A stretch of 60,802 bases of DNA, counting the filler. It is 5 parts of 5 records of this genome, joined end to end, with 100 filler letters (N's around TTAATTAATTAA, not from the genome) between each part and the next. Parts side by side here need not be neighbours in the genome. Positions count along the whole stretch, not along the records: positions 42,756 to 55,381 come from DRR378314_526; positions 55,482 to 60,802 come from DRR378314_536; 3 more parts are not named here. One strand, written 5' to 3'. Positions 47,176-55,483 of the stretch are shown one piece after another; the first letter of the stretch is position 1; every line of letters begins with the position of its first letter. Below the pieces are notes generated by a model that did not search any database, had not been told where the DNA came from, and saw only the letters and a list, made by a program, of their open reading frames with translations. The position numbers and the translations under genes are program-made.

Positions 47176-48366
47176 TTAGCGCAGGTTCACGGCGCTCTGC
47201 AGCACCTCGTCCTGGACCTTGATGGTCTGGGTGTTGGCCTGGTAGTTGCGCTGGGCGACGATCAGGTCCACCAGTTCGCTGGTCAGGTCCACGTTGGAGG
47301 TTTCCACGGTGCCCGCTTCCAGGCTGCCGAACTGGCCGGCACCGGCCAGGCCCAGCAGCGGCTGGCCGGAAGCGCCGGTCTCGGTCCAGGCGTTGTCGCC
47401 TTCCGGCTGCAGCCCTTCCGGGTTACGGAAGTTGGCCAGCGCGATGGTGCCCAGCACCTGGGACTGTTCGTTGGAATAGTTGCCGACGATATTGCCCACT
47501 TCATCGAAGGCGATGCCCACCAGGGAGCCGGAGGCGTAGCCGTTCTGGGTGAGAGAATCGAGGGCGAAATCCTCACCGAACTGGGTGGTGCCGTCGAAAT
47601 CAATGCCGAAGTTCATCGGGTCGGCGCCGCCCCCGGGGGTAAACGCATAGTCGGGGAAGGTGCTGGCGCCTTCGTCGAGGGTGCCGTTGCCGTTAAACGC
47701 CAGCTGGCCCACGTTGGTGGCGTCCGCGTTGCCGTCCAGGGACACGCGCACTTCCCACTGGTTTTCACCGGTCTTGGTGAAGTAGGTGGTCATGGTGTGC
47801 TGCACGCCCAGGGAGTCGTAGGCGGTGCCGGTGTTGGCGTAGGAATAGGTGTCGCCGTCGGCGGCGTCGAACGGCGTGGCGCCACGGTCGATCTCATCCA
47901 CGGTGGCGTCCAGGTTGAACGACGCCTCTACCTGATCGGTGGCGGTGGCCGCCATGGCACCGGCCGGCACCTGCAGGGTCTCCGGCTGACCGCCGGTGCC
48001 GACGCCGGCGGGGAAGCCGGTGAGCCGGGCGCCCTGGGCGTTTTCCAGGTAGCCGTCGGCGGTCAGGGTGAGCTGGCCGTTGCGGGAATAGACGGTCTGG
48101 TCGCCCTGGGTGAAACGGAAGAAACCGTTGCCGTTGATACCCAGGTCCAGGTTACGGCCGGTGGATTCCAGGGTACCGTTGGAGAAATCCTGCAGCACCG
48201 TGGACACGCGCACGCCCTGGCCCACCTGGGCACCGGCGTAGACGTCGGCGAACTGCGCGCCGGACCCTTTGAACCCCACGGTCTGGGAGTTGGCGATGTT
48301 GTTGCCGACCACGTCGAGATTGGTCGCGGCGGAGTTAAGACCACTGAGTGCCTGTGAAAAACCCAT
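47176..48366 (-). CDS. flgE: Flagellar hook protein FlgE
   Basis: MGFSQALSGL...GNNIANSQTVGFK...ETSNVDLTSELVDLIVAQRNYQAN. Confidence 0.98.
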   Translation of the reverse strand: MGFSQALSGLNSAATNLDVVGNNIANSQTVGFKGSGAQFADVYAGAQVGQGVRVSTVLQDFSNGTLESTGRNLDLGINGNGFFRFTQGDQTVYSRNGQLTLTADGYLENAQGARLTGFPAGVGTGGQPETLQVPAGAMAATATDQVEASFNLDATVDEIDRGATPFDAADGDTYSYANTGTAYDSLGVQHTMTTYFTKTGENQWEVRVSLDGNADATNVGQLAFNGNGTLDEGASTFPDYAFTPGGGADPMNFGIDFDGTTQFGEDFALDSLTQNGYASGSLVGIAFDEVGNIVGNYSNEQSQVLGTIALANFRNPEGLQPEGDNAWTETGASGQPLLGLAGAGQFGSLEAGTVETSNVDLTSELVDLIVAQRNYQANTQTIKVQDEVLQSAVNLR

Positions 48367-48404
48367 CTTCGTGCTCCTAGAAGTTATTCTTTACGAAATC
48401 TTGT

Positions 48405-49091
48405 TTAAAGAATCTGGCGGATATCGCCGAGACTGACCTGTTCGGAAACGCCGCCCAGATCCAGCAACGGCGCGCCGTTGTCATCCAGGCTCACGCCGCT
48501 GACCATGGCGTAGTTCAGATTGACCACCTCCAGAGGCTCACCGTCGGCGCTGGCTTCAACGGATACCGTGTAGGAGCCCTTGGGTGCCTCCTCGCCACTG
48601 TCCATTTCGCCGTTCCAGGTGAACGACTCACTGCCGGCGTCCATGGCGAACGGCTCGAAGCGGCGCACCACCTCGCCGCTGTCATTGCGCACCGTGATCT
48701 GCACTTCGTCGGCGGCCTGCTCCAGCTCCACGCCGAACGGCGTGGTGGAACCGTCTTCACCCACCAGCACCCGGTTGCCGGGCACCAGCACGCCGCTGCC
48801 GATCAGGCCGGCGGCCTGCATCGCCTGGCCGGCGTCGAGCTGGCCGGTGATGCCTTCCAGGGTGCTGTTGAGTTCGGAGATACCGCTGACGGTGTTGATC
48901 TGCGCCAGCTGCGAGGTCATCTCCGCGTTTTCCATGGGGTTCATCGGGTCCTGGTTCTTAAGCTGCGTGACCAGCAGGGTCATGAAACTGTCCTGCAGGT
49001 CGGCGCCGTCGGACTTGCTGGCCGCGGCGGCGGCCTGGGCGGCGGCGCTGCCGTTCACCGAATTGAGCACGTTGGAGCCAATCGTCGACAT
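48405..49091 (-). CDS. flgD: Flagellar hook capping protein FlgD
   Basis: FMTLLVTQLKNQDPMNPMENAEMTSQLAQI. Confidence 0.98.
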   Translation of the reverse strand: MSTIGSNVLNSVNGSAAAQAAAAASKSDGADLQDSFMTLLVTQLKNQDPMNPMENAEMTSQLAQINTVSGISELNSTLEGITGQLDAGQAMQAAGLIGSGVLVPGNRVLVGEDGSTTPFGVELEQAADEVQITVRNDSGEVVRRFEPFAMDAGSESFTWNGEMDSGEEAPKGSYTVSVEASADGEPLEVVNLNYAMVSGVSLDDNGAPLLDLGGVSEQVSLGDIRQIL

Positions 49092-49498
49092 CAGTTTTCT
49101 CCCAGCGTCAGGGTCTTCATCATCAGTTGCTTGCTGGTGTTCAGCACTTCCACGTTGGCCTGGTAGGAGCGCGACGCGGAGATCATGTTGACCATTTCAT
49201 TGACCGGCTCCACGTTGGGCATGGACACGTAGCCCTGGTCGTCGGCCAGCGGGTGGTCGGGGCGGAACTCCCGGCGCAGGGGCGAGGGATCCTCGATCAC
49301 TTCGCGCACCCCCACGCCGCCCACGCCGGTGCCGTTCTGGCCGCGCGCCTCGAACATCACCTGCTTGGCGCGGTAGGCCTCGCCGTCGGGGCCGGCGACG
49401 CTGTCGGCGTTGGCCATATTGCTGGCGGTGACGTTCATGCGTTGCGACTGCGCCGTCATCGCCGAACCGGAAATCTCAAAAATCGAAAACATCGACAT
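49091..49498 (-). CDS. flgC: Flagellar basal-body rod protein FlgC
   Basis: [14 protein letters not shown]...HPLAD...[16 protein letters not shown]. Confidence 0.98.
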   Translation of the reverse strand: MSMFSIFEISGSAMTAQSQRMNVTASNMANADSVAGPDGEAYRAKQVMFEARGQNGTGVGGVGVREVIEDPSPLRREFRPDHPLADDQGYVSMPNVEPVNEMVNMISASRSYQANVEVLNTSKQLMMKTLTLGEN

Positions 49499-49508
49499 GG
49501 TTCAATTC

Positions 49509-49922
49509 CTATTCAGGCTGCATGGCGGACTTGAGGCCCTGGATGCGGCCGTTGAGCATGGTCAGCGCCGCCTGGTAACGCACCGAGTTGTCGGCGAAGC
49601 GGGTGCGCTCCACGTCCATGTTCACGGTGTTGCCGTCCAGGCTGGGTTGGTCCGGCACCCGGTAAAGCAGGTCGCCGACCGGCGCCGAGCCGCTGCCGCC
49701 GGCGATGTGCCCGGCGGCGGTGGTGGACAACGACAGCCCACCCTCGGCCGGCCGGCCGCTGTCCATGGCGCGGGACAATTCACTGGCGAAATCAAAATCC
49801 CGCGCCTTGAAGTTGGGCGTATCCGCGTTGGCGATGTTGTTGGCCAGAACCTGCTGGCGCTGGTGGCGCAGGTTCAGTGCTTCCTGGTCGAATTGCAGGG
49901 CGGCGGCCAGTCGGTCAATCAT
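49509..49922 (-). CDS. flgB: Flagellar basal-body rod protein FlgB
   Basis: RQQVLANNIANADTPNFKARD...DGNTVNMDVER. Confidence 0.98.
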   Translation of the reverse strand: MIDRLAAALQFDQEALNLRHQRQQVLANNIANADTPNFKARDFDFASELSRAMDSGRPAEGGLSLSTTAAGHIAGGSGSAPVGDLLYRVPDQPSLDGNTVNMDVERTRFADNSVRYQAALTMLNGRIQGLKSAMQPE

Positions 49923-49979
49923 GCCGAAGCTCCAATGGCTTGTAGGTCAGAGTGGAGATTAATACCGGCGCGGTCAGGT

Positions 49980-50050
49980 CAAAGGCACAAACAGGCCACC
50001 ATTTTGATTCCAATTCGTTTATTCACCCGGCGGCCGGTTACCTAGAATAA
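49980..50050. promoter_or_regulatory. Divergent flgB/flgA class II promoter region with a candidate FlhDC box
   Basis: AT-richer intergenic DNA containing GGCACAAAC...CGTTTATTC, which resembles FlhDC half-sites as recalled. No clear sigma54 GG-N10-GC element was recognised. Confidence 0.45.
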
Positions 50051-50088
50051 GGACCTGACTGGAAAAACCCGTTACCCCGAGGCGTCCT

Positions 50089-50808
50089 ATGCCAGGCCCC
50101 CTGTTCCATCACATTGCACGGTTCGTCGTATCGCTGGCGCTGCTCGCCATGGCGCCGACGGTGGCCGCTGACGGCCAGCCGGCGGCGGGCGCGGCCGAGG
50201 CCCCCGCGGTCAGCGCGGTGCGCGCTTTCTTGCTGGAACGGGCCGGCGGGCTCGGCGACAGCGTCGCCGTGGAGGTCCGGGCACCGAGCGCCCACCTGCC
50301 GCCCTGCGTGGCCCCGGAAGTGTTCATGCCGGGCCGCGGCCAGAAGCCCTGGGGCCGGGTCTCCGTGGGGGTGCGCTGCGGCGAGCAACAGCGCCGCGTG
50401 CGCTATATGCAGGCCCGGGTGACCGTCACCGGGCGGTACTGGGTCAGTGCCGGCGAACTGCCGGCGGGCACGCCGATCCGCGCCGGCATGCTCCGCGCCG
50501 AACAGGGCGACCTGAGCCGCCTGCCCGCCAACGCGGTACTGGCGCGGGACCGTATCGTCGGCCAGGAGGCCGCCCGGCCACTGCCCGCCGGCACCGTGAT
50601 ACAGAGCCACCAACTGCGCAAGCCGGCCCTGGTGGAGCGCCGCCAGGCGGTCACCCTGGTGGCCGGCGGCGAGGGTTTCCGCATCAGCCGCGAGGGGCAC
50701 GCCCTGGACGACGGCGCCCTGGGCGGCCGGGTGCGGGTGCGCCTTTCCAACCGGGAAGTGGTGACCGCGCAGGTCACTGGTCCGGGCCGCGCCCGGGTGA
50801 TGTTTTAA
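50089..50808 (+). CDS. flgA: P-ring assembly chaperone FlgA
   Basis: Signal peptide and SAF-like region; C-terminal LVERRQAVTLVAGGEGFRISREGHALDDGALGGRVRVR; divergent from flgB. Confidence 0.95.
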   Translation: MPGPLFHHIARFVVSLALLAMAPTVAADGQPAAGAAEAPAVSAVRAFLLERAGGLGDSVAVEVRAPSAHLPPCVAPEVFMPGRGQKPWGRVSVGVRCGEQQRRVRYMQARVTVTGRYWVSAGELPAGTPIRAGMLRAEQGDLSRLPANAVLARDRIVGQEAARPLPAGTVIQSHQLRKPALVERRQAVTLVAGGEGFRISREGHALDDGALGGRVRVRLSNREVVTAQVTGPGRARVMF

Positions 50809-50812
50809 GTAT

Positions 50813-50839
50813 TAAAGGTTTTCCCGGCGCTGCCGATAA
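50813..50839 (+). promoter_or_regulatory. Sigma28 (FliA) promoter of flgM
   Basis: TAAA-N15-GCCGATAA, a perfect match to the consensus, 30 nt upstream of flgM. Confidence 0.93.
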
Positions 50840-50869
50840 CCGGGATGAACGCGTGACGGAGGGCTTCCC

Positions 50870-51157
50870 TTGAAAATTGACAACATTTCCCCCCTGACCC
50901 AGCCGGGCACGGTGAATCAGGGCAAAGGCGGCGACAAGGTTTCCACCGAGGCGCCCAAGCAAGGCGGCAACGCGACGGCCGGCGAGGTGGCCCATCTGCG
51001 CCAGCCCGCCGCCGACAGCGGCCAGGACATCGACACCGCGCGGGTCGACGAGATTCGCCAGGCGATCTCCGAGGGGCGCCTGGAAATCCGCGCCGACAAG
51101 ATCGCCGACGGCCTGATCGCCAGCGTCCGCGACCTGCTGGACGCGGACTCGCAATGA
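50870..51157 (+). CDS. flgM: Anti-sigma28 factor FlgM (TTG start)
   Basis: DIDTARVDEIRQAISEGRLEIRADKIADGLI; GGAGG ribosome-binding site upstream. Confidence 0.95.
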   Translation: MKIDNISPLTQPGTVNQGKGGDKVSTEAPKQGGNATAGEVAHLRQPAADSGQDIDTARVDEIRQAISEGRLEIRADKIADGLIASVRDLLDADSQ

Positions 51158-51603
51158 GCCTGGCGGAGCACCTGGAGCGCCATCGGGCGCGCCTGGACAC
51201 CCTGATCGACCTGCTTGACGACGAGCGGCGGTTGCTGGGCGACGGCACCGTCGACGGTGACGGCCTGGCCCGGGTGGCGCAGGCCAAGCAGGAACAGTTC
51301 CAGGCGCTGGAGCACTTCGAGACCCAGCGCCGCCAGGTGCAGCGGCGGCTCGGCTACGACGACGACCGCGCCGGCGACGCCCGGGCCGCGGCCGACGCCG
51401 GCTGCACCGCCCTGTGGGCGTCGATCCGTGAACGCGCCGATCAGGCCGCGCGCCTGAACCGCACCAACGGCGTGCTGATCGGCATCCGTCTGGAGCACAA
51501 CCAGCGGATGCTCAACTTCATCGAGGAAGCCGCCGGCAAGGGCCTGTACGGACCCGACGGCCAGGCCCGTGCCGCCGGCGGCCATGTCAGCAGCCGCGTC
51601 TGA
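51154..51603 (+). CDS. flgN: Flagellar export chaperone FlgN
   Basis: Overlaps the flgM stop (ATGA); W...ARLNRTNGVLI...LYGPDG pattern. Confidence 0.93.
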   Translation: MSLAEHLERHRARLDTLIDLLDDERRLLGDGTVDGDGLARVAQAKQEQFQALEHFETQRRQVQRRLGYDDDRAGDARAAADAGCTALWASIRERADQAARLNRTNGVLIGIRLEHNQRMLNFIEEAAGKGLYGPDGQARAAGGHVSSRV

Positions 51604-51630
51604 AACGCCAGCAAAGGGGGAGCCCCAAGA

Positions 51631-52893
51631 GTGACCAGAGCACGGGACGCCATCGAGGCGGAAGACAAGCTCGACGTGATACTGGCCTGCCGGCCGGTGT
51701 ACACCCGCAACCAGGACGTGGCCGCGTTCCAGTTGCTGTTGCACGGCGAAAAGCCCGCCGAGGGCGCGTCGCTGTCCGACATCGAAGCCACCAACACCGT
51801 GATCCTGGGCACCTACACCCACGTCTTCCAGGGCGGCAAGACCCGCTCGGTCCCCAGCTTTCTGAAAGTCACCGACGAAGTGCTGATGGCGCCGGAGCTG
51901 CCCAACCTGCCGAAGAAGCAGTACATTCTGGAAATTCCCAACAACCTGATGCTCACCTCGGAGCTGGTGGACCGCCTCAAGGCGCTGGCGCGGCGCGGCT
52001 ACCGGCTGGCCATGGACGGCTATGACCCGGGCGACGACGAACTGGACGTGCTGCTGGATATCGTCCACATCGTCAAGATCGACGTCCGCGACAGCGACGC
52101 CGACAGCCTGCGGCGCACCTCGGAAAAACTGCGCGGCCACGGCGTTGAACTGCTCGCCGACCAGATCGCCGACCGCACCCGGTTCCAGCAATGCATGGAG
52201 CTGGGCTTCGACTATTACCAGGGCGATTTCCTGAGCACGCCGTCGCCGGTGAAAGGCAAGAAGATCGCCGGCAACAAGCTGCTGCTGCTGCAACTGCTCA
52301 CCGAGCTGCACAGCCCGGACGCCTCGCCGGCGCGGCTGGAAGAGATCGCCATCAAGGACGCCGGCCTCACCTACCGCCTGCTGAAAACCGTCAACTCCGC
52401 CGCCATGGGCCTGCGCCGGGAAGTGAATTCCCTGTCCGACGCCATCGCCCTGCTCGGCCTGGAGGAAATCAAACGCTGGGCCAACCTGTTCCTGATCGAC
52501 GGCGAGATGCACAAACCGGAGGCCCTGACCCGGGGCATGCTGATACGCGGGCGCATGTGTGAAGTGCTGGCGGAACTCAGCGACCAGGAAGGCGGCCAGC
52601 AAAGCACCTCGGTGAACCATTTTATCGTCGGCCTGCTGTCCCAGCTGGACGCCCTGATGGACATCGCCATGCCGGAACTGATGGAACAGGTGCCGCTCAG
52701 CCAGGACGTGAAAAGCGCCCTGCTGGAACGCCGCGGCCCGCTGGGCGCGGTGCTCACCGAAGTGGAAGCCTATGAGGCCGGGCGTTTCGACGCGCTCTCG
52801 CTGCTCAGCGAGCGCGCCTACTACGAAGTGGCCTACCGCCACAGCACCGCCTGGGCCCGCCAGGTGCAGCAGGCCATGGGGTATCAGGACTAA
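51631..52893 (+). CDS. EAL + HDOD domain protein (YuxH-like) with a degenerate EAL domain
   Basis: N-terminal EAL-like fold (ILEI, GYRLAMDGY, IVKID, GFDYYQGDFLS); HDOD motifs DAGLTYRLLKTVNSA...AIALLG...FIVGLLSQLDALMD. Confidence 0.88.
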   Translation: MTRARDAIEAEDKLDVILACRPVYTRNQDVAAFQLLLHGEKPAEGASLSDIEATNTVILGTYTHVFQGGKTRSVPSFLKVTDEVLMAPELPNLPKKQYILEIPNNLMLTSELVDRLKALARRGYRLAMDGYDPGDDELDVLLDIVHIVKIDVRDSDADSLRRTSEKLRGHGVELLADQIADRTRFQQCMELGFDYYQGDFLSTPSPVKGKKIAGNKLLLLQLLTELHSPDASPARLEEIAIKDAGLTYRLLKTVNSAAMGLRREVNSLSDAIALLGLEEIKRWANLFLIDGEMHKPEALTRGMLIRGRMCEVLAELSDQEGGQQSTSVNHFIVGLLSQLDALMDIAMPELMEQVPLSQDVKSALLERRGPLGAVLTEVEAYEAGRFDALSLLSERAYYEVAYRHSTAWARQVQQAMGYQD

Positions 52894-52966
52894 GCGTTGC
52901 GGTCATGGTAGAGTTCGTCGCACGGAATGCGATCAACACACCGACAATCACAACAAGGATGATCCC

Positions 52967-53407
52967 ATGCGCGCCTTTTACCTGGCCCCCGCCCTGTTGC
53001 TTATCGCCCTGCTGGCGGCCTGCAGCGACACCCCCAACGACGGCGTGATCCGCGACGCCCTGAATCAGGAACTCAAGCAGGCCCATCTTGATGAGCTGTT
53101 CCAGGTCACCGAGGTGGAAACCGCCGGCCGTTACCCGGAAGACGACGACCACGTCGCCCTGGACGTGCGCTACACCATGGAAGCGCAGCACGACCTGTCC
53201 GAGTACAGCAAGGCGGTAAAACGCGACGAGGAACGGGACGCCATGGATCGCTTCGCCATGGTCATGGCCCTGGCGGCGGTCCGGGTGGAATTCGGCAACT
53301 TCGAGGAAGGCGACAACTTCGAACAGGAGCGCCGCCTGATGCTGGAACGCACCGAGGAAGGCTGGCGCGTGGCCCAACCAGAAGCCCCAACCGGCCCCGA
53401 TTCATAG
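52967..53407 (+). CDS. Hypothetical lipoprotein
   Basis: MRAFYLAPALLLIALLAAC lipobox; AAGGA upstream; C-terminal LMLERTEEGWRV. Confidence 0.85.
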   Translation: MRAFYLAPALLLIALLAACSDTPNDGVIRDALNQELKQAHLDELFQVTEVETAGRYPEDDDHVALDVRYTMEAQHDLSEYSKAVKRDEERDAMDRFAMVMALAAVRVEFGNFEEGDNFEQERRLMLERTEEGWRVAQPEAPTGPDS

Positions 53408-53416
53408 CACTTTGTG

Positions 53417-53887
53417 CTATTTATGCCCAAGCAACTCCAGCATCATCAGCACCGCGTCCTCACGGCCGGCGCCGGCCCGATAGTAGCCCTTGCGGCGGCC
53501 GTTCTCCACGAAGCCCAGGCGCCGGTAGAGGCTCTGGGCGCCGTCGTTGCCGGCGCGCACCTCCAGGTACATCACCGACATGGAGGCGGTGCGCGCCTCG
53601 TCGAGCTCGTCCTCCAGCATCCATAGGGCCAGGCCGCGGCGCTGGCGCGCCGGGGCCACCGCCACGTTCAGCAGATGGCGTTCGTCGAGCACGCTGGAAA
53701 GAATCATGAAGCCCACCGGCTCGCCGTCCACGGCGGCCACCCGGCAACGGTAGGCCCCCTGCAGACAGTCGCGGAAATTACCCTCGCTCCAGGGGGTGGG
53801 CTGGCTGGCGTTTTCGATCGCCAGCACCGCCGGCAGATCCGCGCTGGTCATGGCCCGCATGCGGGCGCCGTCCGGCCCCACCGTCAT
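53417..53887 (-). CDS. rimI: Ribosomal protein S18 alanine N-acetyltransferase RimI
   Basis: PWSEGNF, HLLNVAVAPARQRRGLA, MYLEVRAGN, RRKGYY...EDAVLM. The start overlaps the upstream stop (ATGA). Confidence 0.95.
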   Translation of the reverse strand: MTVGPDGARMRAMTSADLPAVLAIENASQPTPWSEGNFRDCLQGAYRCRVAAVDGEPVGFMILSSVLDERHLLNVAVAPARQRRGLALWMLEDELDEARTASMSVMYLEVRAGNDGAQSLYRRLGFVENGRRKGYYRAGAGREDAVLMMLELLGHK

Positions 53888-54666
53888 CCACGCGACCCGG
53901 CGAAGCCGTGCGCTACCATCGCCTGCCAACTGCGTTTCTTGGCCAGCGCCGGCCGGTCGAGCATTTCCTGCAGGCTGTCCACCGCCAGCGCCGGCATCTC
54001 GCCCAGCTTCACCGCCTGGAAGCGCTCGCCGCCCAGCACCGCCGTGGCCAGACTGGGGTCCACGCAGAACAACGCCCGACGGCCACCGTGCTGGCGGCTC
54101 AACCCGGCAAAGAAAGCGGTCAGCGCCTGGGCGGCCTCGCCGGCGCTCATGGGCTGCTTGGTGAGCGGGCAATAGAAGCGGCGCGGGCGCTCCGGGGCGG
54201 CGCCGAACACGGTCAGCAGGGAGGCGGCCAGGGCGCCGGTGTAGCGGCCCAGCTCCGGCGCCTGGGGGTCTTCCTGCTGGAACACCACCCAGGTATCGCC
54301 GGCCAGATGCGCCTCCAGGGTGAAGGTCAGACCCGCCGCGTTGTCCGGGGCGGGCGCCCGGGCCGGCGTCTCGGCGACGCTGTCACGGGGCGCCGGCGCC
54401 CGGCTTGCCGGTGCCTCGGCGCTGGTGTCCGCCGCCGCGGCACCGGCCGCCGCGGTCTCCCTGGCGGGCTGCTCGGCGTCGCCCACGCCCGGCGCGGTTC
54501 GCACCGGCGTGACTTCCACCGGCGCCGCCGCCAGGCTTTCCCCGGCGTCGGTCTCGGCGGCCCAGTCCAGCGGCTCGGACGGCGCCGCGCCGGGCAGCGT
54601 CGTGCGCGCCACCCAGGGCGTCAAACCCAGGGCGCGGAGATAACTCTGACGCTGCGCTTCATTCAT
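53884..54666 (-). CDS. Conserved hypothetical protein upstream of rimI (the position occupied by holD/psi in enterics)
   Basis: MNEAQRQSYLRALGLTPWVAR...; Ala/Pro-rich linker; C-terminal SLQEMLDRPALAKKRSWQ; translationally coupled to rimI. Confidence 0.8.
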   Translation of the reverse strand: MNEAQRQSYLRALGLTPWVARTTLPGAAPSEPLDWAAETDAGESLAAAPVEVTPVRTAPGVGDAEQPARETAAAGAAAADTSAEAPASRAPAPRDSVAETPARAPAPDNAAGLTFTLEAHLAGDTWVVFQQEDPQAPELGRYTGALAASLLTVFGAAPERPRRFYCPLTKQPMSAGEAAQALTAFFAGLSRQHGGRRALFCVDPSLATAVLGGERFQAVKLGEMPALAVDSLQEMLDRPALAKKRSWQAMVAHGFAGSRG

Positions 54667-54696
54667 GGTGGTGTCCTGTGCGGCCGGCCGTACAGC

Positions 54697-55311
54697 TTAG
54701 CAAATGTCCGAGCGCCGTCCGAGGGTTGTGCGCCGGCGGCCAGCGACCAGCAGCATGGCCACGGCCAGCAGCGCGCCGCTGAGCGCGCCGTACAAATGGG
54801 CGTTTACGTACACGCGCCCGTTAATCCAGGCGCGCAGATAGTCCACGTCGTAGCCGGGCAGCTGCTCCCACACCAGGCGACCGGCCACCACCGCCAGCAC
54901 CAGGCTGTGCAGCACCGGATTGCCGCGCCAGCCGATCAGCAGACAGAGCACCAGAAGCCCCTGCAGCAGCCCCGACAGCCCCACGTACCAGCCCAGATCC
55001 CGGTCCAGCACGAAGAAAACCGCGCCCACCAGGGGCGCGCTCACCGCGAACCACAGCCAGAACCGCCGCCGGTCCAGCAGGTCGCGGAAGAAGAACAGAA
55101 TCAGCACCAGGCCGCCCAGATTCAGCAGCGCATGCCAGAGGTTCAGGTGCACCAGATGCGCGGTAACCAGACGCCAGACCTCGCCGCCGGCCACCGCGGC
55201 GCGGTCGTAGCGCAGCCAGGGGTTCACCCACTGGTGGGCCAGGCCCAATGCCAGAACGACGGCGATGAACGCCAAGGCGTGAGGAAGGAGTTTGGGATCG
55301 CGAGTTTGCAT
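54697..55311 (-). CDS. Rhombosortase (rhomboid-family GlyGly-CTERM protease)
   Basis: LRYDRAAVAGGEVWRLVTAHLVHLNLWHALLNL; catalytic Ser in YVGLSG; catalytic His in VNAHLYGA. Confidence 0.88.
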   Translation of the reverse strand: MQTRDPKLLPHALAFIAVVLALGLAHQWVNPWLRYDRAAVAGGEVWRLVTAHLVHLNLWHALLNLGGLVLILFFFRDLLDRRRFWLWFAVSAPLVGAVFFVLDRDLGWYVGLSGLLQGLLVLCLLIGWRGNPVLHSLVLAVVAGRLVWEQLPGYDVDYLRAWINGRVYVNAHLYGALSGALLAVAMLLVAGRRRTTLGRRSDIC

Positions 55312-55348
55312 CGTGGCAGGATAAGTGAACTCAGAGGCCAGGTCTTGC

Positions 55349-55377
55349 CTTGTGGGAGCGGGCCTGCCCGCGAAAGG
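55349..55377 (+). repeat. REP-like palindromic element, copy 2
   Basis: CTTGTGGGAGCGGGCCTGCCCGCGAAAGG, same family as 42756-42785. Confidence 0.85.
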
Positions 55378-55381
55378 GTGG

Positions 55382-55481
55382 NNNNNNNNNNNNNNNNNNN
55401 NNNNNNNNNNNNNNNNNNNNNNNNNTTAATTAATTAANNNNNNNNNNNNNNNNNNNNNNNNNNNNNNNNNNNNNNNNNNNN
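55382..55481. other. Artificial contig spacer
   Basis: N44 + TTAATTAATTAA + N44, with a sharp drop in GC content across it. Confidence 0.99.
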
Positions 55482-55483
55482 CA

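Noticed and set aside
46000..48357. Long ORFs antisense to genes of the high-GC contig (785 aa here; also 50917-52842 and 53908-55437)
   Set aside because: These are shadow ORFs typical of high-GC coding DNA. They have no motifs, and the opposite strand holds clear genes.
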